From: Rhizobacter sp.
GTDB taxonomy: Bacteria > Pseudomonadota > Gammaproteobacteria > Burkholderiales > Burkholderiaceae_C
Length of the DNA stretch: 61,755 nucleotides
Assembly (NCBI GenBank): GCA_043742485.1
Contig: JAYTYH010000337.1
Coordinates: 1-61,755 of the forward strand
Direction: 5' to 3'
The notes below the pieces were generated by a model. It made no database searches, was not told where the DNA came from, and was given only the letters and a program-made list of their open reading frames with translations. Positions 1-8,145 of the stretch are shown here, piece by piece (position 1 is the stretch's first letter; each line of letters begins with the position of its first letter). The translations under genes and the position numbers were made by a program.

Positions 1-366
1 TGCGGAAAGATCCCAAGGGTAGTCGCCGAGGTCCGAGCCCTTCATGGCCTCGGGAAAGACGACCACCTCCAGCGCACGAGACGAACCGGCGCCAGGGACA
101 TTGGCGATGCCGACGAAGGTGCCTTCCTTGATCTGGTCCGGGCTGCTCGGCACGACGCCGGCGATCTTCGTCGCCGAATCGAGCGCGAGAATGACTCTAC
201 CCTGGCTGGTCTGCACCGTCAGGTTGTCGGCGGTCGCCGAGACGATGGTGCCGCGAACATGCACCGGCGGCGGTTCGGCCGCGACCGCTACGGTCAGGGC
301 GGTAGCTCCGAAAGCGAGCCAGAGCCCACGCGTCAGGGTGTTTTTGGAATTCGATCGGAGATTCAT
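1..366 (-). CDS. Exported hypothetical protein (DUF5666-like beta-rich), 3' end outside the window
   Basis: Manual translation from ATG at 366: MNLRSNSKNTLTRGLWLAFGATALTVAVAAEPPPVHVRGTIVSATADNLTV...IKEGTFVGIA...ALEVVVFPEAMKG. Signal-peptide-like N-terminus; the frame stays open to the window edge. Confidence 0.6.
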   Translation of the reverse strand, partial: MNLRSNSKNTLTRGLWLAFGATALTVAVAAEPPPVHVRGTIVSATADNLTVQTSQGRVILALDSATKIAGVVPSSPDQIKEGTFVGIANVPGAGSSRALEVVVFPEAMKGSDLGDYPWDLSA

Positions 367-553
367 TTCGGGCGTTCTCGATTTGACTAGGACAGCATAT
401 TGTTCAGAGTCACACGGAATCGCAGTCGACAAGGGGCTTTCGCGTTGCGTTGCCTCCAACCGAGAGCCGCCGATTGCAGTGTTCCGTTCTGTTTGGAACT
501 TAAACGGGCATTTGCACGAATGAACTTCTGCTCTTCCGCGTCAACAACCGCCA

Positions 554-571
554 TGGTGCGCTGGCAGACAG
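554..571 (+). promoter_or_regulatory. Candidate CRP/FNR-family site upstream of the mlaE operon
   Basis: TGGTGCGCTGGCAGACAG resembles the perfect palindrome at 5415-5432; a GATGCT -10-like hexamer lies at 593-598. Confidence 0.35.
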
Positions 572-608
572 ACGACGGCATGCCTCTGCAGCGATGCTCT
601 GCCGCTGC

Positions 609-1712
609 ATGCCGACACCCGCTGCCGCCACCATCAGCCAGCCGACGCCGGGCGAGTGGACACTCGCGGGCAATTGGACGGTGGCCGGCCTGGGTCCGCT
701 TCCCCAGGGATTGGAGGCGGAAGCGCCCAGCAGCGGTGTGGTCGTTCTCGATGGCTCCGGCCTGCAGGCCGTCGACAGCGCGGGCGCCTGGGTGCTCAAG
801 CGTTGGCTCGGCAGCCACAGCGCCACAGCGAGCCTGCGCAATTGGCCGCCTCGGTTGCAAACCCTGATGGAGCTGGTGATGCAGCAAACGGCGCCCAACA
901 TACCGCCGATGCCGCATGTCTCGAGCCTCCAGGCCGTGGGTCACGGTGCCGAAAACGTCATGCAGCAGTCGCTGGCGTTGCTCGGCTTCGTGGGCGAAAC
1001 AGTGATGAAAGCGCTGCCGTTGCTGGCCCGGCCGCAACGCATACGCTGGCGCACGGTGCTGCGCAATATCCAGGTCGGTGGCTTCGAGGCGCTGCCGATC
1101 ATCGGGCTGACGTCGTTCCTGCTCGGGGTCGTCGTCGCCTACCAGGGCGCCGATCAGCTCAAGCACTACGGCGCCAACATCTTCGTCGTCGATCTCGTCG
1201 GCTACGCCATGCTGCGCGAGTTCGCGCCACTCATCAGCGCCATCATCATCGCCGGACGCTCCGGTTCGGCCTATGCCGCCGAGATCGGCACCATGGTCGT
1301 CACCGAGGAGATCGATGCGCTGCGCACGATCGACATCGAGCCGATCGAGCTGCTGGTGCTGCCAAAGATCCTCGCGTTGGCTGTCGCCCTGCCGTTGCTG
1401 ACGCTGTTCGCCGACATCGCCGGGGTGTTCGGCGTCATGGTCATGGCGCGTTCGCAGCTCGACATCGGCTTTCGCGAATTCGGCGCTCGCTTCGGCCAGG
1501 AGATGCAAGGCGCCACGTTGCTCATCGGCATCGGCAAGTCTCTGGTGTTCGCGTTCATCATCGTCCTCATAGGCTGCTTCCAGGGTTTTCGCACGCGGGG
1601 AAGTGCCGACAGCGTGGGCCGGCAGACGACGCTGGCCGTGGTGCAATCGATCTTTCTCGTGATCGTGGCCGACGCGCTGTTCTCGGTCGTCTTCAGCATC
1701 CTGGACCTGTGA
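609..1712 (+). CDS. mlaE: MlaE-family ABC permease with N-terminal STAS-like domain
   Basis: LREFAPLISAIIIAGRSGSAYAAEIGTM and EEIDAL motifs; N-terminal DGSGLQAVDSAG STAS-like segment. Start at 609 preferred over 594. Confidence 0.9.
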   Translation: MPTPAAATISQPTPGEWTLAGNWTVAGLGPLPQGLEAEAPSSGVVVLDGSGLQAVDSAGAWVLKRWLGSHSATASLRNWPPRLQTLMELVMQQTAPNIPPMPHVSSLQAVGHGAENVMQQSLALLGFVGETVMKALPLLARPQRIRWRTVLRNIQVGGFEALPIIGLTSFLLGVVVAYQGADQLKHYGANIFVVDLVGYAMLREFAPLISAIIIAGRSGSAYAAEIGTMVVTEEIDALRTIDIEPIELLVLPKILALAVALPLLTLFADIAGVFGVMVMARSQLDIGFREFGARFGQEMQGATLLIGIGKSLVFAFIIVLIGCFQGFRTRGSADSVGRQTTLAVVQSIFLVIVADALFSVVFSILDL

Positions 1713-1713
1713 C

Positions 1714-2538
1714 GTGACCGCCACCACCGCTGCCCCGGACCTCGTGATCGAGATGAAGAAGGTCTGCACGCGTTTCGGCAGCCACGCCGTGCACTCCGAC
1801 CTCGACCTCGACGTGCGCAGGGGCGAAATATTTGCCATTGCCGGCGGCAGCGGCTCGGGCAAGTCGGTCTTGTTGCGCGAGATGATCCTGCTGCAGCGAC
1901 CCACTTCGGGAACGATCCGCCTGTTCGGTCAGGACATCGCCACGCTCACCGACGCCCAGGCCCACACGCTGCGCCAGCGCTGGGGCGTGATGTTCCAGCA
2001 CGGCGGCCTGTTCAGCTCGCTCAACGTGCGCGAGAACGTCGGTTTGCCGCTGCGCGAGCACAGCAGCCTCGACGACGCGCTGATCGACGACATCGCCGAA
2101 TGGAAGCTCTCGCAGACGGGCCTGCCGCCGGATGCCGGCCTGAAGAGCCCCGGCGAGCTGAGCGGCGGCATGCTCAAGCGTGCTTCACTGGCGCGCGCGC
2201 TCGCACTCGATCCCGAGCTGCTGTTTCTCGACGAGCCCACCTCGGGGCTGGACCCTGCCAGCACCGCGGGCGTCGACGAGCTGATCCTGCGCACGCACGC
2301 CCTCTACGGGCTGACGATCGTGATGGTCACGCACGACCTCGATCTGCTCTGGCAGGTGAGCGACCGTGTGGCCGTGCTCGGTGAAGGCCGGGTGCTGGCG
2401 ACCGGCTCGATGGAAGAGCTCTCGCACGACGAACACCCCATCGTCCGAGCCTATTTCACCGACCCGAAGACGGTGCAGGCGAACGAGGCCGAACACGCGC
2501 ACGAATCCCGGAAGGAGCCGGCGTGGAAGACAAGGTGA
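1714..2538 (+). CDS. mlaF: MlaF-family ABC ATP-binding protein
   Basis: Walker A GGSGSGKS, LSGGM signature, LLFLDEPTSGLDP; directly follows mlaE. Confidence 0.9.
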   Translation: MTATTAAPDLVIEMKKVCTRFGSHAVHSDLDLDVRRGEIFAIAGGSGSGKSVLLREMILLQRPTSGTIRLFGQDIATLTDAQAHTLRQRWGVMFQHGGLFSSLNVRENVGLPLREHSSLDDALIDDIAEWKLSQTGLPPDAGLKSPGELSGGMLKRASLARALALDPELLFLDEPTSGLDPASTAGVDELILRTHALYGLTIVMVTHDLDLLWQVSDRVAVLGEGRVLATGSMEELSHDEHPIVRAYFTDPKTVQANEAEHAHESRKEPAWKTR

Positions 2539-3461
2539 ACTACGCGCTCGTCGGCATCTTCGTGCTCGGCCTCGGCGCTGCGCTCGTCGTCGCGGTGCTC
2601 TGGCTGGCGGCGGGCATCAACACGCAGAAGAAGTACGAGCCGTACCAGTCGATCATCAAGGAATCGGTCGCCGGCTTGAGCATCAGCGCGCCGGTCAAGT
2701 ACCTGGGTGTCGATGTCGGCAAGGTGAGCGGGATCGCGATCGATCCGCAGAACTCGCGCCAGGTTCTCCTGAAATTCCAGATCGAGCGCGGCACGCCGGT
2801 CAAGCAGGACACCGAGGCCGTGCTGAAGAGCCAGGGCCTGACGGGCATCTCCTACATCGAGCTCAGCGGTGGCAGTGTCGGTTCGGCGCCGCTGCTCGCG
2901 ACCGACGAGGTGCCGGTGCCGCTCATCCGCTCCAAGCCTTCATTGAGCGCGCGCCTCGAAGACGTGCTCACGACCGTGCTGGCCAACGTGAACCGGACAT
3001 CGGCCAACGTCGACGCGGTGTTCGATGCAGACAACCGGGCCGCGCTCAAGCAGGTGCTGGCCGACACCGCCAGCGTCGCTCACGCGTTGGCTGCGCAGCA
3101 GGGCACGATGACCGCAGGCATCGCCGACGCCGCACGGACGGCAAGAAACGCGGCGCGCGTCAGCGACCGGCTCGGGCCGGCCATCGAGCGCGTTGCCGCG
3201 AGTGCCGACGCCCTTGCGAAAATGGGCAACGACGTGTCGCGCACCAGCGACAGCGCCGGCCGCACGGTGGACTCTGCCGCCAGCGGCGTGCTGCAGATGA
3301 GGAGCGAGACACTGCCTGAGCTGCAGCGTCTGCTCGGGGAGATGAGCTTGCTGGCGGTCTCGCTGCGTCAGTTGAGCGAACAGACCGAGCGCAGCCCGAG
3401 CAGCCTGATCCGCGGTGCGCCGCAAGGGCGGCCAGGCCCGGGAGAACCGGTGCGACCATGA
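2523..3461 (+). CDS. mlaD: MlaD/MCE-domain protein with helical C-terminal extension
   Basis: N-terminal TM, GLSISAPVKYLGVDVGKV MCE motif, GLTGISYIEL. Confidence 0.88.
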   Translation: MEDKVNYALVGIFVLGLGAALVVAVLWLAAGINTQKKYEPYQSIIKESVAGLSISAPVKYLGVDVGKVSGIAIDPQNSRQVLLKFQIERGTPVKQDTEAVLKSQGLTGISYIELSGGSVGSAPLLATDEVPVPLIRSKPSLSARLEDVLTTVLANVNRTSANVDAVFDADNRAALKQVLADTASVAHALAAQQGTMTAGIADAARTARNAARVSDRLGPAIERVAASADALAKMGNDVSRTSDSAGRTVDSAASGVLQMRSETLPELQRLLGEMSLLAVSLRQLSEQTERSPSSLIRGAPQGRPGPGEPVRP

Positions 3462-4123
3462 ACTTCGAGACGCCGTTCGGCGGCAAATATCGCCGGCGTT
3501 ATGTTGGATGGCTCGTTTTGTCGGGGCTGGGCTTGCTGGCAGGTTGCGGCTCGTTGCTTCCCGAGCCGCCGGCGCAACCGGCTCTGTTCGTGCTCGACGA
3601 CGCGGCGGCCATCTCGGCCGATCGTCCCGCGACGCTGCCACTCATCGCGGCGGTGGCAACGCTCGTGGTCAGTGAGCCGCGCGCCGCGGCCGGCTACGGA
3701 ACGCGACAGATCGCCTACGTCCGCAAGTCCAACCAGCTCGAGTACTTCGCCTTCAGCCAGTGGGTGGAATTTCCGGCGCTGATGCTGGCGCCGATGCTGG
3801 CGCACGCGATCGAACGCACCGGTGCATTTCGCGCCGTCGTGCGCGCGCCGACTTTGGTGGCGGGTGACATGCGCCTCGAGACCGAGCTCATCCGGCTGCA
3901 CCAGGATTTCAGCGTCGTGCCCAGCCGGGCGCGTCTGACACTGCGCGCCGTTCTCATCGATACCGCCACGCGCCGCGTGATCGCGTCGCGCGAGTTCGAT
4001 GAAGAGGCGGCGTCAGCGAGCGACGACCCGGCCGGTGGCGTCACGGCCGCCAACGAGGTCGTGCGTCGCGTTGCCGCGGAAGTGGGGGCGTTCTGCGCGC
4101 AAGGGGTGGCGAGCCGGAAGTAG
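3458..4123 (+). CDS. ABC-type transport auxiliary lipoprotein (PqiC/DUF330-like)
   Basis: Lipobox LLAGC, YFAFSQWVEFPALML motif; ATGA overlap with mlaD. Confidence 0.8.
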   Translation: MNFETPFGGKYRRRYVGWLVLSGLGLLAGCGSLLPEPPAQPALFVLDDAAAISADRPATLPLIAAVATLVVSEPRAAAGYGTRQIAYVRKSNQLEYFAFSQWVEFPALMLAPMLAHAIERTGAFRAVVRAPTLVAGDMRLETELIRLHQDFSVVPSRARLTLRAVLIDTATRRVIASREFDEEAASASDDPAGGVTAANEVVRRVAAEVGAFCAQGVASRK

Positions 4124-4155
4124 GGTGCAAGTTCGATCGCAGATGCTCGCCCACC

Positions 4156-4743
4156 TCACTGCGTGGCGCCGAGGGCAACCCGGAATTCCTCCAGCTTGGC
4201 TTCGTAGGCTTCCGCTTCGCCGTATGCCAGAAAGCGGTTGTAGCGTGCGTGAGTGCCAAGGATCTTTCGCGCATGCTTGATGGGGCAGAAATACTGCTCC
4301 GTCCTCGCAATGATCTCTCCGACGTAGGCCACGAGCCCCGTGCCGTACGCGCAATAGGTGCAGTGGAACTTTTCGATGAAGTTGAGATAGGAGAGGTATT
4401 GCCGGTCGAGCACGATGTAGTCGCTGCGCCGCACCTTGGCGATCCCGTAGATGGGAAAACAGGTCCACTGGTAGAAGCTCACGCACAGGTCGAGCATGAG
4501 CAGCGGAAGCGCCATCGCGTAGATGATCGGACCGGTGATCAGGTTCTGCGGACGGTCGGTCACGAGCCAGCGAAAGAAGTTCGTTTTCAGCTTGCGGTGC
4601 GCGACCTCGACCGAGCGCTCGAACTGGACTCGCTTGCCATTGATCTGGAAAAACATCCTGCTTTCCTGCGCGTGAACCGCACTGCGCAATTCAGCCTCGA
4701 GGCTGGCCATCCGGGCCAGGATGTGTGCGATTCGATCGTTCAT
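4156..4743 (-). CDS. Hypothetical membrane-associated protein with Cys/His motifs
   Basis: 195 aa; one hydrophobic segment, then HCTYC and YFCPIKH; coding-like composition. Confidence 0.75.
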   Translation of the reverse strand: MNDRIAHILARMASLEAELRSAVHAQESRMFFQINGKRVQFERSVEVAHRKLKTNFFRWLVTDRPQNLITGPIIYAMALPLLMLDLCVSFYQWTCFPIYGIAKVRRSDYIVLDRQYLSYLNFIEKFHCTYCAYGTGLVAYVGEIIARTEQYFCPIKHARKILGTHARYNRFLAYGEAEAYEAKLEEFRVALGATQ

Positions 4744-4794
4744 CGGAGATCGACGTTACTGGGGACGCCCGGCATTCTTCTCATCGGCAAGGGC

Positions 4795-5358
4795 TCAGGC
4801 CGCGGCCGAAGTGAGATCGACGCTGTACAGGACGTGTGTGGCGTCGTCCGGGTCCCGCTCGTGCCTGAAATGCAGGTGCTCCGCGAACTTGCGCATCGAC
4901 GTGTTGTCGGCCGAATCGCTGGAGTGCATCCGCCCGATGCCGCGCGATCGGGCGACGTCGATGAGCTGCTTCACCAGCAGCGTACCCAGCCCCTTGTTCT
5001 GCCACTCGTCCGCGACTGCCACGGCGAACTCGCAGTCGTGCCCGTCCGGCCGCGCCGAGAAGCGAGCGACGCCGATCTCGCGCGTCTCGCCGGCCACCTC
5101 GATCGTGGCGACGTAGGCTGCATCCGTCGTGTTGTCGATGGCGGTCATCTGCTTGAGCAAGGCCTCGCTGGGTGAGCGCATGGTGTCGAGGAAACGAAAC
5201 CGCCGCGAACTCGGCGACAACGCCTCGATGAACTGCCTCTCGAGCTCGACGTCGTTCTCGTGGATCGGCCGGATCTCCACGCGTGTGCCGTCACTGAGGA
5301 GTGCTTCGGCGCCAGCGCTGGAGATGCTCGATTCGCTCTGCAAAGTAGAAGTGACCAT
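4795..5358 (-). CDS. Stand-alone GNAT N-acetyltransferase (Pat-type GNAT domain)
   Basis: LSDGTRVEIRPI, SRRFRF, EFAVAVADEWQNKGLGTLL acetyl-CoA motif. Confidence 0.88.
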   Translation of the reverse strand: MVTSTLQSESSISSAGAEALLSDGTRVEIRPIHENDVELERQFIEALSPSSRRFRFLDTMRSPSEALLKQMTAIDNTTDAAYVATIEVAGETREIGVARFSARPDGHDCEFAVAVADEWQNKGLGTLLVKQLIDVARSRGIGRMHSSDSADNTSMRKFAEHLHFRHERDPDDATHVLYSVDLTSAAA

Positions 5359-5388
5359 GGCTTGCCCTCGACGTCTCTGACCTAACTG

Positions 5389-5432
5389 ACACTACGGCGA
5401 CGGGCGAGGCGCGTCTGTGCGGCATCGCACAG
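5389..5432 (-). promoter_or_regulatory. Class II CRP/FNR-family activated promoter for the GNAT gene
   Basis: Perfect palindrome CTGTGCG-N4-CGCACAG at 5415-5432 (TGTGC-N6-GCACA), a 20-nt spacer, then TAGTGT -10 at 5394-5389. This places the site centre at -41.5. Confidence 0.55.
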
Positions 5433-5445
5433 CGGGCTCGTCGGA

Positions 5446-5529
5446 TCAGGGCAACCACTCGATGGGCAGCAACGACAGCACGTCCACGCCGAATCGTTGC
5501 CAGAAGGTCGTGCCCAGTGCGTTGTAGAG
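5446..5529 (-). pseudogene. C-terminal remnant of a ClsC/YmdC-like phospholipase D
   Basis: Minus strand reads LYNALGTTFWQRFGVDVLSLLPIEWLP*, resembling the ...TSFWxR...LPIEWLL end of YmdC-type PLDs; no upstream gene body is present. Confidence 0.55.
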
Positions 5530-5635
5530 GTTCTGGCGGCCGCAGTCGGTACGCCATCGCACACTTCGGCCGTCTACTCCGCCCTGCCGTGGACCAGACA
5601 GGCCGGGCTCCATGCCCGCCAGTCGAGCGACAAGC

Positions 5636-6739
5636 TCAAGCTGATCGCATCTGCGCCTTGACGGTCACGACGGCGCCGGTCACCGTTGCCGCAACGGCCA
5701 GAAAGCTCGTCAGGCTCAGCGTCGACAGGCCGGAGAGCCCTTGGCCAATCGTGCAGCCGAGCGCCGTCACGCCGCCAACGCCCATGAGGGCGCCACCGAT
5801 CAGATGGTTGCGCAAATCCGGAATGCTGCGAAAGCCTTCCCAGCGGAAGGAACGGCTGAACGCCGAGTAGAGGAAGGCGCCGACCGGCAGCCCGAGGGCA
5901 GAGACGATGCCGATCGTCAGCACCTTGGAGCGGTCGCTGAAGAACAGCAGGTAGTCCGTGGTGTAGCTGACGGCCGAAACGAAACTCAGCGCTTCCATCT
6001 GGTGGCTGTTCGTCGCCACGAAGGTCGGCTCGAGCGTCGAGGGGTTCTCGGCGACGAATCCCAGCACGCCCGATGTCCACCAGGCCGCGACGACCAGCGC
6101 GCCGATCGAGACGCCGCCGAGGACGACCTCTGCCGAGCGGTTGGCACGCGAATAAAGCGCACCCAGCAGAAGCGCCCCGCCCAACGTGGCGCCGAGGGCG
6201 GCGGCGGTCGCGCGGGTGCCTGTTCCGAGAATTGCCGCGGCCAGCGTCGGCAGGTCCTGGTGCGTCGCGACCGTGGCGGCGGTGGAATCCAGCGCCGCCA
6301 CGCGAACGACGGCGGTGATGCCCTTGAGCGTGGCGAAACCGCACAGGGCGACAACCATCAGGACGACGACGGACTTCAGATTGCCCGAGCCCGCCCGCAG
6401 CAGATTCTTGCTGGTGCAGCCCGACGCCAGCACCATGCCGACGCCGAACATCAGGCCGCCCACGATCGCCGACAGCCAGACGACGCGCGGTCCGGCATAG
6501 ATGCTGTTCGCCGCATCGACCCAGCCCAGGAACACCATCGCGTTGAAGCCGATGATCGCGGTGCCCGCGGCCGCCAGCCACATGCGCATGCGGGTCCAGT
6601 CGCCGGTGATGACCAGGTCGCTGATGGCACCCATCGTGCAGAAGTGGGCGCGCTGCGCGACCCAGCCGAAGACGACCGCGATCGTGAAACTCAGTGCGAG
6701 GACCTCGTGCGTGAGGCGCTGGAAATCGGCTTCGGACAT
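5636..6739 (-). CDS. YeeE/YedE (TsuA/SoxT-like) thiosulfate/sulfur compound transporter
   Basis: Multi-TM protein with three conserved Cys motifs: HFCTMG, ASGCTS, LGCTIG. Alternative start at 6763. Confidence 0.9.
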   Translation of the reverse strand: MSEADFQRLTHEVLALSFTIAVVFGWVAQRAHFCTMGAISDLVITGDWTRMRMWLAAAGTAIIGFNAMVFLGWVDAANSIYAGPRVVWLSAIVGGLMFGVGMVLASGCTSKNLLRAGSGNLKSVVVLMVVALCGFATLKGITAVVRVAALDSTAATVATHQDLPTLAAAILGTGTRATAAALGATLGGALLLGALYSRANRSAEVVLGGVSIGALVVAAWWTSGVLGFVAENPSTLEPTFVATNSHQMEALSFVSAVSYTTDYLLFFSDRSKVLTIGIVSALGLPVGAFLYSAFSRSFRWEGFRSIPDLRNHLIGGALMGVGGVTALGCTIGQGLSGLSTLSLTSFLAVAATVTGAVVTVKAQMRSA

Positions 6740-6787
6740 GCCCGCATTTTGCGGCCGCGACAACGCACACCGCGCCCCGCAGGCGAT

Positions 6788-7228
6788 TCAGGGCCGGATG
6801 TAGGCGTAGCCCTGCTGCTGCTTGCGCATGATCTCGACCACGCCTGCCGGCACGTAGCCGATCGTCGTCAGCATGTCGGCATAGGTAAGCTTCATGCCAT
6901 GCATGGTGTTTTCGCAAGCCACGACCTTGACGCCGCTGTTGACCGCGTCGGCAATGCGCTGCGCCACCGGCGAGTCCTTTTTCAGCATGCCGATGCCCGG
7001 CCCGTAGACGACGATCTCGAGATCCGGCGGGTCGTCGGGGAATTCGCTTTGCACGTTGCGCGCGTTATTGAGCGTGAGGCTCCACTTCGACGGATCGGCG
7101 TCGCTGACCTGGAAGACGACCTTGTTCTTGGCCGGCCCGGTCTGGGCCAGCGCGCCTGGCGAAAGGGATGCGCCCAGCAGTGCTGCGCTGCCGAGAAGGC
7201 CGACGGAGCGGCGGGTGAGGTTGGCCAT
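6788..7228 (-). CDS. Tat-exported DsrE-family sulfur carrier
   Basis: MANLTRRSVGLL twin-Arg signal, KVVFQVSD, EIVVYGPGI, VVACENTM, GYAYIRP. True start at 7228, not 7705. Confidence 0.85.
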   Translation of the reverse strand: MANLTRRSVGLLGSAALLGASLSPGALAQTGPAKNKVVFQVSDADPSKWSLTLNNARNVQSEFPDDPPDLEIVVYGPGIGMLKKDSPVAQRIADAVNSGVKVVACENTMHGMKLTYADMLTTIGYVPAGVVEIMRKQQQGYAYIRP

Positions 7229-7278
7229 GGGGTGAGTCTCCTTCGTTGTCTTGGTGATTGGGATGCGCGCGTCCGTTC

Positions 7279-7674
7279 TTATGCGCTTCGGCGTGTCTTC
7301 GATTCCTTTGCGGCCGCCTGCAGGCGCTGCTCCAGATAGGCGCCGAAGAAGTCCTTCGACAGCCCGACGATCGGCTCGGCCAGGGAGTGCCCCTGGGCAT
7401 CGAAGAACATCACCGTCGGCGCGAAACGTGCGCCGCTGGCGCGCGCGAAGTCGCGCTGCGCGACGTCCTGGAAGTGCCAGATGCGGATCGGAGCCGACGA
7501 CTCGATGTCGGCCTCCGCGATCGCGAAGGGCTGACGGCCGGCGGAGAGCATGGGCCGCAGATAGTGCTCGCGCACCTCGTCGCAGAACTCGCATCCCGGC
7601 TGGGAAAACAGAACCACCGTGATGTGCCCAGGCTCGACGTCGAGCTGTGCGGGCAGGGGAGGGTTCGGTTTCAT
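7279..7674 (-). CDS. Thioredoxin-fold protein (SoxW/SoxS-like)
   Basis: VVLFSQPGCEFC CxxC, FAPTVMFFD cis-Pro motif, FFGAYLE. Confidence 0.8.
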   Translation of the reverse strand: MKPNPPLPAQLDVEPGHITVVLFSQPGCEFCDEVREHYLRPMLSAGRQPFAIAEADIESSAPIRIWHFQDVAQRDFARASGARFAPTVMFFDAQGHSLAEPIVGLSKDFFGAYLEQRLQAAAKESKTRRSA

Positions 7675-7734
7675 GCGGAGCGATTAGAGGCCAGCCGAAG
7701 GTCATCGGCCAGCGAGTAAAAACACCTATCGAGA

Positions 7735-7752
7735 TATGCGCACATGCGCATA
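7735..7752. promoter_or_regulatory. ArsR/SmtB-type operator between the divergent sox units
   Basis: Perfect inverted repeat TATGCGCA-CA-TGCGCATA about 40 bp upstream of the ArsR gene. Confidence 0.65.
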
Positions 7753-7793
7753 CGATTGTCGACGAACTCTGAGAGGCAAGTGCAGTGGACGAG

Positions 7794-8132
7794 ATGGACG
7801 AGGTGTTCGAATCGGTGGCCCGCTACTTCTCCATCCTGTCGGAGCCGGCCCGTCTGCGCATCCTGCACGCCATCTGCCAGGACGAGCGCTCGGTCAGCCA
7901 GATCGTCGAGGAGACCGAGCTCTCGCAAAGCAATGCCTCGCGCCACCTCAACATGATGTATCAGGCCGGCGTGATCAAGCGGCGGCGCGAGGGATCGCAG
8001 GTCATCTACAGCGTGACCGACACCAGCCTGACCGACATCTGCCGCGCCGTCTGCGTGCGCGTCTCGGCGCAACTGGGCAGCAAGGACGGGTTGAAGAAGG
8101 GTTTCAACGCACTGATCGAAGAGTTTCGCTAG
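7794..8132 (+). CDS. ArsR/SmtB-family regulator (SoxR-like sulfur-oxidation repressor)
   Basis: LSEPARLRIL and SQSNASRHL HTH; Cys in HAIC and CRAVC; first gene of the sox operon. Alternative GTG start at 7785. Confidence 0.88.
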   Translation: MDEVFESVARYFSILSEPARLRILHAICQDERSVSQIVEETELSQSNASRHLNMMYQAGVIKRRREGSQVIYSVTDTSLTDICRAVCVRVSAQLGSKDGLKKGFNALIEEFR

Positions 8133-8145
8133 CAGCCAAGCCACG

